DNA of 64,000 bases from Eledone cirrhosa (GCA_964016885.1 OZ024766.1:2542001-2606000), one strand, 5' to 3'. Shown: positions 31,658-43,410, counted from the first letter of the stretch. The notes: generated by a model not told the origin, from the letters alone. Translations and numbers: made by a program.

Positions 31658-31809
31658 CTATCCAGGAAGCTCCAACCGTTAAGGTTGTCTTTTTTTCCGA
31701 GTATGTCAATATTTATTTATAAAACAAATCTGTATTTTATCTGATGAAAGCGCACCATAATTTACCTTGGTCGCCCTTGAAATATGTATAAAATAAATGT
31801 GGTTTTATA

Positions 31810-31861
<52 letters not shown>

Positions 31862-31864
<3 letters not shown>

Positions 31865-32190
31865 GCACCACAGGGCTTAGTGGTTAGAGCATTGGCCTTG
31901 CAATCGAAAGGTTGTGAGTTCAATTCTCAGACCGGGTTATGTGTTGTTTCCTTGAGCAAGACACTTTATTTCACATTGCTCCAGTTTACTCAGCTGTAGA
32001 AATGAGATGATAGGGACTGGGGTCCCTATCATTCCACTGTAAAGAGGTCGTGGAGGTGCCACGGCAAGAAAGCACCCACCACTCACTGTAAATGAGGTTG
32101 GTGTTAGGAAGGGCATCCAGCTGTAGAAATCAAGCCAGACTCAGTTCCCGTCCCACCCTTGCAAGCAGGGACAAGCGGACGTAAAATGAT
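31862..32190 (+). mobile_element. tRNA-derived CORE-SINE; near-identical copies at 34726-35052(+), 38692-39018(-), 41702-42050(+), 43994-44132(-, partial), 44184-44507(-), 44685-45013(+), 60221-60471(-, partial), 60813-61130(+)
   Basis: Pol III A/B boxes. The central TCCTTGAGCAAGACACTTTA...CAGTTTACTCAGCTGTAGAAATGAGATGATA resembles the MIR/CORE domain. Tail ends in (ATG)n. Confidence 0.88.
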
Positions 32191-32215
32191 GATGATGATG
32201 ATGATGATGATATAG

Positions 32216-32257
<42 letters not shown>

Positions 32258-32564
32258 AAAAATCCAATCACAAAGTCAAGTTGTTTCGGCTTGTGTTCCA
32301 TCAGGTCAGGTTTTTACCCTCCTCTAGACCTAATCTGCTTCTTTCCCATGCATAGAGTTCTCTTCTGGTGAAGGACTAGTGTCTGCACATACAGACCTTT
32401 GACCTTTCACAGTCCAGGTATGATGTCGTCGTTGAGCATTTTAGGCTGGCTGGGCAGGGCTGGGCTGACCTTTGACTGTGACCTCTCAGAGACCAAGCTA
32501 TGTTGTCGAAGAATTTAGACAGGCTGGGATGACCTTTTATTTTACTTTGATCTTGACCTTCCTT

Positions 32565-32732
32565 TCATAGACCAGGCATGATGTAGGCAATGTTGTCGAG
32601 CATTTTAGACAGGGTGGCCCGGGGGCATCCATTGATTTCCGGCAGAGACGATGTGAGGCAGACGAGGGGGCTGAAGGCACACAGCATGGAGTCCAGTAAC
32701 ACAGACAGGCTCCCCTGGACTGCGATAAGACC
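32565..32732 (-). CDS. HMGXB4: HMGXB4 exon 9 (last; ...[11 protein letters not shown])
   Basis: [27 protein letters not shown]...[11 protein letters not shown] matches the conserved HMGXB4 C-terminus. CAG acceptor at 32733-32735. Confidence 0.93.
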   Translation of the reverse strand, partial: GLIAVQGSLSVLLDSMLCAFSPLVCLTSSLPEINGCPRATLSKMLDNIAYIMPGL

Positions 32733-32816
32733 CTGGAAGAAGACAGACATGTAATGAGTTGAGTGACTGATGAAGAGGCTGAGTTACACACACATACATT
32801 GAGTCTGTCTCATTAA

Positions 32817-34508
32817 CCCTTCAGGGTTCAAACCGGCCAAAACCGGCCAGAATTCTCTACCTCTTTCTGTAACTGGCTGTAACTGGCCATTCATACTGAT
32901 GTTAAGGTATTGTTCTCAAAATAAATACTTTCAAAATCTCATAGATTCGATATTATGTGAGGTAAAGCCTTTACTGTGACAATACAATAGTATATATAGA
33001 GTAATGTAAATGTTATGTGAGATATTATGTGAGGTAAAGCCTTTACTGTGAAAATACAATAGTATATATAGAGTAATGTAAATGTTATGTGAGATATTAT
33101 GTGAGGTAAAGCCTTTACTGTGAAAATACAATAGTATATATAGAGTAATGTAAATGTTATGTGAGATATTATGTGAGGTAAAGCTTTTACTGTGAAAATA
33201 CAATAGTATATATAGAGTAATGTAAATGTTATGTGAGGTATTATGTGAGGTAAAGCCTTTACTGTGAACATACAATAGTATATATAGAGTAATGTAGATG
33301 TTATGTGAGATATTATGTGAGGTAAAGCCTTTACTGTGAACATACAATAGTATATATAGAGTAATGTAAATGTTATGTGAGGTATTATGTGAGGTAAAGC
33401 CTTTACTGTGAACATACAATAGTATATATAGAGTAATGTAGATGTTATGTGAGATATTATGTGAGGTAAAGCCTTTACTGTGAACATACAATAGTATATA
33501 TAGAGTAATGTAAATGTTATGTGAGATATTATGTGAGGTAAAGCCTTTACTGTGACAATACAATAGTATATATAGAGTAATGTAAATGTTATGTGAGATA
33601 TTATGTGAGGTAAAGCCTTTACTGTGAAAATACAATAGTATATATAGAGTAATGTAAATGTTATGTGAGATATTATGTGAGGTAAAGCCTTTACTGTGAC
33701 AATACAATAGTATATATAGAGTAATGTAGATGTTATGTGGGGTATTATGTGAGGTAAAGCCTGTACTGTGACAATACAATAGTATATATAGAGTAATGTA
33801 AATGTTATGTGAGGTAAAGCCTTTACTGTGACAATACAATAGTATATATAGAGTAATGTAGATGTTATGTGGGGTATTATGTGAGGTAAAGCCTGTACTG
33901 TGACAATACAATAGTATATATAGAGTAATGTAAATGTTATGTGAGATATTATGTGAGGTAAAGCCTTTACTGTGAAAATACAATAGTATATATAGAGTAA
34001 TGTAAATGTTATGTGAGATATTATGTGAGGTAAAGCCTTTACTGTGAAAATACAATAGTATATATAGAGTAATGTAAATGTTATGTGAGATATTATGTGA
34101 GGTAAAGTCTTTACTGTGACAATACAATAGTATATATAGAGTAATGTAAATGTTATGTGAGGTATTATGTGAGGTAAAGCCTTTACTGTGACAATACAAT
34201 AGTATATATAGAGTAATGTAAATGTTATGTGAGATATTATGTGAGGTAAAGCCTTTACTGTGACAATACAATAGTATATATAGAGTAATGTAAATGTTAT
34301 GTGAGATATTATGTGAGGTAAAGCCTTTACTGTGACAATACAATAGTATATATAGAGTAATGTAAATGTTATGTGAGATATTATGTGAGGTAAAGCCTTT
34401 ACTGTGACAATACAATAGTATATATAGAGTAATGTAAATGTTATGTGAGGTAAAGCCTTTACTGTGAAAATACAATAGTATATATAGAGTAATGTAAATG
34501 CTAAAGGG
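32817..34508 (+). mobile_element. Complete piggyBac-like non-autonomous element with ~21 units of 72-bp satellite
   Basis: TTAA(32813-16)-CCCTT...TAAAGGG-TTAA(34509-12). A second left end starts immediately at 34513. Confidence 0.82.
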
Positions 34509-35379
34509 TTAACCCTTTACTATTTAAACTGGTTATATCCGGCCAGAATTCTCTCATTCTTCTACGTTGTCTCTTGATTTTATTAAAAAAAAAACAGAAT
34601 TAATTGTTTAGTTTACATATTGAGACTCCAAACCATCCTATTTATTTTATAACTTATGAGATTTCTAGTAACGTACTTTTGGCGGCCTACATGTAGAAAT
34701 GTTTTTTAATGTTCTTTAAAAATAGTGGAGGCAAATGGCTTAGTGGTTAGAGCATTGGGCTTGCAATCGAAAGGTTGTGAGTTCAATTCTCAGACCGGGT
34801 GATGTGTTGTTTCCTTGAACAAGACACTTTATTTCACATTGCTCCAGTTTACTCAGCTGTAGAAATGAGATGATAGGGACTGGTGTCCCTATCATTCCAC
34901 TGCAAAGTGGTCGTGGAGGTGCCACGGCAAAAAAAGCACCCAGCACTCACTGTAAATGAGGTTGGTGTTAGGAAGGGCATCCAGCTGTAGAGATCAAGCC
35001 AGAATCAGTTCCCGTCCCACCCTTGCAAGCAGGGAGAAGCGGACGTAAAATGAAATGGAATGAATGAATTTCAAATTATTAAGACGAGTATGCAAATGAG
35101 GTTGAGGTATAGGGCTGAAAAAAACATTTTAGACGCTATGCAGAATTTAAATAATTAGGATATATGTATGTATGAGTAGGAAGAAGGGAAAAGCGGACGT
35201 AAAATGACGATGATGATGATGAATGCCTACAGAAAATTAATTGTCACAGGAATGCTACGACTTAAAAATAAAATTTCACCGGAGATCATCATCAACGTTT
35301 AACGTCTGTGTTCCACGCTTGCATGGGTTTGGACGGGGGTAGTCCCACTTGAGGCAAGAGTGATTGTCTTGCTCGCATA

Positions 35380-35720
35380 GGACTGTCTGGCAGGTTTTCT
35401 ACAGTTGGATGCCCTTCCTAACGCCAACCACATTTACAGTGTGGGTCTGGGAGGTTTTTACTGTGTTGCCTACACGGCCACATTACAGCGTGGACTGTCT
35501 GGCAGGTTTTCTACAGTTGGATGCCCTGCCTAACACCAACCACATTTACAGTGTGGGTCTGGGAGGTTTTTACTGTGTTGCCTACACGGCCACATTACAG
35601 CGTGGACTGTCTGGCGGGTTTTCTACAGCTGGATGCCCTTCCTAACACCAACCACATTTACAGTGTGGGTCTGGGAGGTTTTTACTGTGTTACCTACACG
35701 GCCACATTACAGCGTGGACT
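35380..35720. repeat. 112-bp tandem triplication of a SINE-tail-like segment
   Basis: GGACTGTCTGGCAGGTTTTCTACAGTTGGATGCCCTTCCTAAC... starting at 35380, 35492 and 35604. Confidence 0.85.
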
Positions 35721-36065
35721 GTGTGTTTTTTTTGTCGTGACACCTACACGATCTCATTTGTTTCGGCCCTGATGGTGCGGCACCAACATAACTTTACATA
35801 GAACGGGGTGGTGTGGATGGGGTGGGGGTGGGGGTGGTGGGACGGGGTGTATTTTGTTAGAGATGCCTACAGGCTGGAGTAGGTTTTACTATATATTTAG
35901 GTAAGGCGGGTCTTCTCTGTTACTGAGTACCGCCAAAGGTCTCGGTCCAGTGACATTGTCTTGGAGATTAGCAAACTTTAACAAGTGGGGTGGAAAAACT
36001 GAAAAGATTAATAAGCGGGAGGGCAATTATTCCACACCTGAGATTTACCCCCCCTTGGTTCTTAC

Positions 36066-36158
36066 CTTGTGTTCCTGTAATCTCATCCCAATTATACTGA
36101 GGGATTCACCGAGAAGCTTGAGGTGCGCAGCAGCATCCAATGGTTCCACCCCAAAACT
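36066..36158 (-). CDS. HMGXB4: HMGXB4 exon 8 ([31 protein letters not shown])
   Basis: Matches the EPIDVAAHLQLLGESL motif. AG/GT boundaries, phase 0/0. Confidence 0.93.
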
Positions 36159-36190
36159 CTGTGGAAGAAAACAACAACAACAACAACAAC

Positions 36191-36240
<50 letters not shown>

Positions 36241-36242
<2 letters not shown>

Positions 36243-36896
36243 CAGTCCTATAGCTCCAACCGAATACCTAAACAGGCATGACAGAGCTGCACAATACATA
36301 CATTGGATAATGTGTAAGCATTTTGACCTGCCCCATCAAAAGAATTGGTGGGAGCATCAACTACCTCCCGTACTTGAAAAATATCACATCTCAATCTTGT
36401 GGAACTTTAGCATCGAAACAGACTGAAAAATAGATGCAAATAGACCTGATATAATACTGAAGGACTTTAAAAAGAGGGTATGCCTGCTAATTGATATGCC
36501 CGTTCCAATAGACAAGAATGTATCTATAAAAACATTTGAAAAATTGAGCAAGTATAAAGACCTGGAGATAGAGATTGGAAAAATGTGGAAGTTGAGAACT
36601 AAAACAATACCAGTGCTTGTAGGTGCTCTAGGAATGATACCTAAGGGGTCTAATGATTACTTATCGCAAATCCCAGGAAACCCGCGTATAGGAGAAATAC
36701 AAAAGATAGTACTAATGGGAACTGCCCATATACTAAGGAAGATCCTGTCAATATAAGTACATCACAAGTCTAAACACCTAAAGATACATGTGTGAGTATG
36801 TGTGTTCTTTCTTGAACATGGCGGACCTTGTTGTCTCTTGAGGTCACTGGTTGTGACTTGGTGATAACTCGTATAAACATAAAGCAAGATAAATGC
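36241..36896 (+). mobile_element. 5'-truncated Dong/R4-like non-LTR retrotransposon (restriction-like endonuclease C-terminus) in (TAA)n
   Basis: Frame reads [18 protein letters not shown]...NRPDI...IDMPVP.D.N...EK..KY.DL, with one stop at 36424. (TAA)n on both sides. Confidence 0.85.
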
Positions 36897-36897
36897 A

Positions 36898-36932
<35 letters not shown>

Positions 36933-37533
36933 TTCTACTTTTGGCACAAGGCCAGCAATTACCCCCAGTGTATTACTGGTACTTTATTTTATTTTATAGA
37001 CACCCCCCCCTCTCGCCCCCGCCCGTAAGGATGAAAGGCAAAGTTAACCACTATTGCCATCACCACCACCATCATCAACACACCACCACCACTACACCAC
37101 AACCACCACCACCACCATCAATACACCACCACCACCACTACACCACACCACCACCACTATACCACACCACCACCACCACCACACCACAACCACCACCACT
37201 ACACCACACCACAACCACCACAACCATCAACACACCACCACCACCATCAATACACCACCACCACCACCACACCACAACCACCACCACTACACCACACCAC
37301 CACCACCACCACACCACAACCACCACCACTACACCACACCACAACCACCACAACCATCAACACACCACCACCACCATCAACACACCACCACACCACAACC
37401 ACACCACCACCACCACCACCACAACCATCAACACACCACCACCACCACCATCACCTCCTCCCTACCAACTCCTCCTGCAGCCAATGAAACACACATAAAC
37501 TCCCCCCCCCCCCCGCCGGCCCCGCATCTTTAC

Positions 37534-37737
37534 CTTATAAGGACTGGTGGCAGTGTCATCTGTCGGGGTTTTCAGAACCTTTACTACAGCGGTGACTGGT
37601 GAACTCTTCTGTGTGGTGACAGGTGTCGTAGGGGGACTGGCAACAGGCGGGACAGGTGCTGCTTTGCCATTAGTTTTCCCAGTTCTTATCAGAGTTGATC
37701 CTTTGCCGGCTGCTTTCTTCGCCTTCTGCTTCCAGGT
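37534..37737 (-). CDS. HMGXB4: HMGXB4 exon 7 (TWKQKAKK...SPYK)
   Basis: Completes HMG-box helix 3. CAG/GTAAAG boundaries, phases consistent. Confidence 0.85.
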
Positions 37738-37848
37738 CTGCGCAGGCACCACAAAAAAAACACAAAAAAACACAAAAAAACATTAGCATTGCATTCCAAT
37801 CTTGCAAAAGAAACAAACACGAAGTCTATGTCCCCCCTCATATCAATT

Positions 37849-38485
37849 GCCATCCAGTCCCACGCCGTAATTGAGGGCAAGGCTCTCACACTATGTGGCC
37901 GCTGTGAGAAGGGTTTGGTGTGGCCCTCTTCATAACAATGCCATCCAGTCCCACGCCGTAATTGAGGGCAAGGATCTCACACTGTATGATCGCTGTGAGA
38001 AGGGTTTGGTGTGGCCCTCTTCATAACAATGCCATCCAGTCCCACGCCGTAGTTGAGGGCAAGGCTCTCACACTATGTGGCCGCTGTGAGAAGGGTTTGG
38101 TGTGGCCCTCTTCATAACAATGCCATCCAGTCCCACGCCGTAATTGAGGGCAAGGATCTCACACTGTGTGATCGCTGTGAGAAGGGTTTGGTGTGGCCCT
38201 CTTCATAACAATGCCATCCAGTCCCACGCCGTAGTTGAGGGCAAGGCTCTCACACTATGTGGCCGCTGTGAGAAGGGTTTGGTGTGGCCCTCTTCATAAC
38301 AATGCCATCCAGTCCCACGCCGTAGTTGAGGGCAAGGATCTCACACTGTGTGACCGCTGTGAGAAGGGTTTGGTGTGGCCCTCCTCATAACAATGCCATC
38401 CAGTCCCACGCCGTAATTGAGGGCAAGGATCTCACACTGTGTGATCGCTGTGAGAAGGGTTCGGTGTGGCCCTCTTCATAACAAT
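37849..38485. repeat. 91-bp minisatellite, 7 units with alternating A/B variants
   Basis: GCCATCCAGTCCCACGCCGTA(A/G)TTGAGGGCAAGG(C/A)TCTCACACT... period 91. Confidence 0.92.
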
Positions 38486-39154
38486 GCTAGCATGGAAAAA
38501 ATGGACGTTAAACGGAGATAAAGATGCTGATGATACTTTATTAAAGACCCCGTAACGATGAAAGGCAAAGCTAACCTCGGCAGGATTTGAGCTCAGAACA
38601 TAAAGGGGCGTAACTCTATGCTGCAAAGCATGGCGCCCGACCCTCTACCAATGCTACCAATCCACCACCCTCCCAAACATCATCATCATCATCATTTTAC
38701 GTCCGCCTCTCCCTGCTTGCAAGGGTGGGACGGGAACTGATTCTGGCTTGATCTCTACAGCTGGATGCCCTTCCTAACACCAACCTCATTTACAGTGAGT
38801 GCTGGGTGCTTTTTTGCCGTGGCACCTCCACGACCACTTTGCAGTGGAATGATAGGGACCCCAGTCCCTATCATCTCATTTCTACAGCTGAGTAAACTGG
38901 AGCAATGTGAAATAAAGTGTCTTGCTCAAGGAAACAACACATCACCCGGTCTGAGAATTGAACTCACAACCTTTCGATTGCAAGGCCAACGCTCTAACCA
39001 CTAAGCCATGTGCCTCCATATATATATATAATTGTTTCTACTTTTGGCACAAGGCCAGCAATTATCCCAGCGTATTACTGGTACTTTATTTTATCGACCC
39101 CGTAAGGATGAAAGGCAAAGTTAACCTCGGCGGAATAATAATAATAAGGCTTAC

Positions 39155-39219
39155 CAGTTTCTCTTTCTCTGACAAGCTTTGCCAAATCTCTCCAAGTCTT
39201 CGACTAATTTGAGCAAAAT
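39155..39219 (-). CDS. HMGXB4: HMGXB4 exon 6 (DFAQISRRLGEIWQSLSEKEKL; HMG box)
   Basis: HMG-box helix 2/3 signature. TTTCAG/GTAAGC boundaries, phase 1/0. Too short for the ORF track. Confidence 0.92.
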
Positions 39220-39535
39220 CTGAAAAAAAGGATAAAAAAAAATAATTAAAAAAACTAATTAGATCAATTAATTACCTAATTAGTTAGGGGGCATCTATGT
39301 GTCATTACAAGACCAACAAATTGACAGAGTCATAGAACATCAGATAGAATGCTTTGCTGAATTTGTTCCAGTTCTCTGCTCTCTGACTTCAAATCCCACC
39401 CGAGGTCAACTTTGTCTTTCATTCATTTGAGGTCAATAAAAGAAAGTACCAGTCTAATACTGGGGTCGATTTTTCATCTCTCTCTATCCTTCTCTGGAAG
39501 AAATCTGCTGTATTCAGGCCTGGAGAGGAGATAAC

Positions 39536-40842
39536 TGTTTTGTACTAAATGTTTATAGTATCTTTACTGGTGGACAGATTGATGTGAATATTTACAGTAT
39601 TACAGTAAAGACTTTAATATTTAATGTGATGTAGTCATAGTGTTGTTTTGTACTAAATGTTTATAGTATCTTTACTGGTGGACAGATTGTTGTGAATATT
39701 TACAGTATTACAGTAAAGACTTTAATATTTAATGTGATGTAGTCATAGTGTTGTTTTGTACTAAATGTTTATAGTATCTTTACTGGTGGACAGATTGTTG
39801 TGAATATTTACAGTATTACAGTAAAGACTTTAATATTTAATGTGATGTAGTCATAGTGTTGTTTTGTACTAAATGTTTATAGTATCTTTACTGGTGGACA
39901 GATTGTTGTGAATATTTACAGTATTACAGTAAAGACTTTAATATTTAATGTGATGTAGTCATAGTGTTGTTTTGTACTAAATGTTTATAGTATCTTTACT
40001 GGTGGACAGATTGTTGTGAATATTTACAGTATTACAGTAAAGACTTTAATATTTAATGTGATGTAGTCATAGTGTTGTTTTGTACTAAATGTTTATAGTA
40101 TCTTTACTGGTGGACAGATTGTTGTGAATATTTACAGTATTACAGTAAAGACTTTAATATTTAATGTGATGTAGTCAAAGTGTTGTTTTGTACTAAATGT
40201 TTATAGTATCTTTACTGGTGGACAGATTGTTGTGAATATTTACAGTATTACAGTAAAGACTTTAATATTTAATGTGATGTAGTCAAAGTGTTGTTTTGTA
40301 CTAAATGTTTATAGTATCTTTACTGGTGGACAGATTGTTGTGAATATTTACAGTATTACAGTAAAGACTTTAATATTTAATGTGATGTAGTCATAGTGTT
40401 GTTTTGTACTAAATGTTTATAGTATCTTTACTGGTGGACAGATTGTTGTGAATATTTACAGTATTACAGTAAAGACTTTAATATTTAATGTGATGTAGTC
40501 AAAGTGTTGTTTTGTACTAAATGTTTATAGTATCTTTACTGGTGGACAGATTGTTGTGAATATTTACAGTATTACAGTAAAGACTTTAATATTTAATGTG
40601 ATGTAGTCATAGTGTTGTTTTGTACTAAATGTTTATAGTATCTTTACTGGTGGACAGATTGTTGTGAATATTTACAGTATTACAGTAAAGACTTTAATAT
40701 TTAATGTGATGTAGTCATAGTGTTGTTTTGTACTAAATGTTTATAGTATCTTTACTGGTGGACAGATTGTTGTGAATATTTACAGTATTACAGTAAAGAC
40801 TTTAATATCTAATGTGATGTAGTCATAGTGTTGTTTTGTACT
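39536..40842. repeat. 108-bp satellite, 12 near-identical units, inside the HMG-box intron
   Basis: Exact 108-nt period (39541, 39649 ... 40081). Confidence 0.97.
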
Positions 40843-40966
40843 TTCCAACAATGTCTTACTAATATGGTTCCATGTGATAGAGAATATTAGGAACTAAAGA
40901 AGAATAGGGAGGAGGCAGGCGAAAAGTAACACAAAAGAGACGCCATATTGAAAGATCCTAGCTTAC

Positions 40967-41054
40967 CGAGTTTAGGATTTTCAGAGAGGACTTTAGTTCT
41001 GTAACTGTTACACCAGAGCATGTAGGCTGTGAGGGCACGGCGCTTTTTGGCAGG
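40967..41054 (-). CDS. HMGXB4: HMGXB4 exon 5 (PAKKRRALTAYMLWCNSYRTKVLSENPKL; HMG box start)
   Basis: HMG-box helix 1. CAG/GTAAGC boundaries. Confidence 0.92.
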
Positions 41055-42069
41055 CTGCAAAATGTAATTCAATGAATATATATATTTAACAGTAAAGTTA
41101 CAATCCTTACAATCCTAAATTAGCTGTTGTCGTGTACACACACACACACATATATGTGTGTGTGTGTGTTTAAGTATTAGAGACCATTAAATGATATATA
41201 TCTCTCTCTCTTACTGTTCCCCCATTCTCTCTGTTTCTCCCCCTCTGTCTTGTCCGTTAACTCTTCCTCACACTTTCACTCACTCACTGTTTTTCTCCCT
41301 CTTCTCTTCATTTCATCCTGCACTCACGAACGCTATTTTTTCTCTCTCTGCTCATAGCCCTCGTTCGTGTAGGTTCTATTCTCTAAGCGCTCATATATTC
41401 ACCTAGCTTATGCTAAACAGAATAATTTTTGAAGCTTGTTTCTCCCCTACGGTATGCTATAATTTCTGTTGTTCTCCTGTCTCACTCGCTTTACGCGTTT
41501 TAATTGTCCTAATAACTTATTTTGGTTATTATTGCACCGAAGTGAGATATATGATTTTTAATGCAATGAAATATCTGATCTTCGGCAAATCACTGATGAG
41601 GGACTTATTTTATTACATGTTATCCATGTGCTACCTGCAGTATTTTTCTCTCTATATATATATATATACACACTCGTACCTGAGCTCTTGTGGGATATAT
41701 ATGGAGGCACATGGCTTAGTGGTTAGAGCATTGGGCTTGTAATCGAAAGGTTGTGAGTTCAATTCTCACACCGGGTGATGTGTTGTTTCCTTGAGCAAGA
41801 CACTTTACTTCACATAGCTCCAGTTTGTTCAGCTGTAGAAATGAGATGATAGGGACTGGGGTCCCTATCACTCCACTGCAAAGTGGTCGTGGAGGTGCCA
41901 CGGCAAAAAAGCACCCAGCACTCACTGTAAATGAGGTTGGTGTTAGGAAGGGCATCCAGCTGTAGAGATGAGATGATAGGGACTGGGGTCCCTATCATTC
42001 CACTGTACAGTGGTCGTGAAGGTGTCACGGCAAAAAAAAAAGCACCCACAATCTATAAAAAACACTTCG

Positions 42070-42130
42070 TATTTTATCTGATGAGAGTGTACCAAAATTT
42101 TGGTACCCTTGAAATATATATAATAGAATA
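42070..42130 (+). ncRNA. Minimal type I hammerhead ribozyme (family B)
   Basis: TATTTTAT-CTGATGA-GAGtGTACCaaaattttGGTACcCTT-GAAA-TATATA-TA-ATAGAATA. Confidence 0.78.
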
Positions 42131-42172
42131 AATATGGTTTTATAAATATACTTTCCATTTATTTAATATCAT

Positions 42173-42230
<58 letters not shown>

Positions 42231-42441
42231 ACATAGCATGTATTCATTTTCTTATACCATTTTAAAGGGTCCGTCGAGCTGCCGATTATTGAGTCGGGTA
42301 AGATCGATAAAGATCGAACCTTGAGCTGATCAGTGGTGAAACACGTGTCACCTACCAATAAATGTAATGAAGGAGTAACCAATCGTCCTTGTTATCCTTT
42401 CAATATATATATGATGATGATAATGATGATATATATATGTA

Positions 42442-42485
<44 letters not shown>

Positions 42486-42541
42486 TAAGTTGTTCCGGGT
42501 TGAATCGGAGGTAACCACAGCAAGTAAGGTACTCAATACAT

Positions 42542-42768
42542 CTTTAAAGGAACGATCGACTTTCGTCAAATCGGACCGAGGAAACAATGTTTCCGTTGGT
42601 CTTTCCAATTGCTAATACTATCTATCGGTCGCAACTCCAGGTAGAAGGAGCAACGTGAAATAAAGTGTCTTGCTCAAGGACATAACGCATCGCCTGGTCC
42701 AGGAATCGAACTCACAACCTCACGATTGCGAATCCAATTCTCTAACCACTCAGCCACACGCCTTCACA
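42542..42768 (-). mobile_element. SINE (second subfamily) inserted into a hammerhead-bearing element, with 11-bp TSD ACTCAATACAT
   Basis: Direct repeat at 42531-42541 and 42769-42779. tRNA head with a GAGTTCGATTCC B box on the minus strand. Confidence 0.85.
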
Positions 42769-42805
42769 ACTCAATACATAGCAGAGTATAAAATTTTTAA
42801 TATAT

Positions 42806-42856
42806 AGATTCCTGATGATTTCTAAAGAATGAAACAGTTCTAGTCCTGTAGAATCT
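42806..42856 (+). ncRNA. Minimal type I hammerhead ribozyme (family A)
   Basis: AGATTC-CTGATGA-TTTCTAAAGAAT-GAAA-CAG ttctagtc CTG-TA-GAATCT. Predicted cleavage after GUA at 42850. Confidence 0.78.
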
Positions 42857-42871
42857 CCTCTATATTAAAAC

Positions 42872-42920
<49 letters not shown>

Positions 42921-42921
<1 letters not shown>

Positions 42922-43388
42922 TGGATGTCGGTGAGCATGTCCAGCTAACCTAGTGTGTCCATGTAGGGGCTCCCAAAGGAGCACTGAGTGCAGTGTCAAC
43001 TCTGGATGTCAGTGAGCATGTCCAGCTAACCTCAGTCTCCTCTGTGTCACTTTTGAGCTGACTTTTGGGAGGCTCCCATACAGCTCTGAGTTTTTCATCC
43101 TCAGTGTGTATACTGATTAATGTTCAGAGCCATCCTCAGCATTCTCGTGTAGCACCCATCCACCATCTGAGTGAGTTTCTTGACACTGCACTCAGTGCTC
43201 CTTTGGGAGCCCCTACATGGACACACTAGAAGAGGAAGACCAAGGTTAACGCATGTTGATGCCCTAAGGACAGACACTGGTCTGTTGGAGATGCAGGACA
43301 TGGCAGCGATAATGAGGGACAGAGACCGCTGGAGAGAACTCATCCATGGATCTCGGGAATTTTACCCGCCCTAGAATAGAATAGAATA
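42921..43388. mobile_element. RTE-clade LINE 3' end with 5' inversion and (TAGAA)n tail; related fragment at 53657-53832 (-)
   Basis: Minus-strand segment DGCYTRMLRMALNI...RRLRLAGH joined to plus-strand LLWEP.HG..RRGRP..T.VD.L..DTGL....M.DR..WR. Confidence 0.8.
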
Positions 43389-43410
43389 TATATACTCTAT
43401 ACATGCCTAC

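Noticed and set aside
31862-31940. tRNA gene candidates with A/B boxes
   Set aside because: They continue into CORE and tail sequence in multiple copies, so they are SINE heads and not tRNAs.
32931-34475. 514-aa and similar repetitive ORFs (also 19845-20746, 24707-25201, 48389-49081, 56132-58021)
   Set aside because: Translations of satellites whose unit lengths (72 or 45 bp) are multiples of three.
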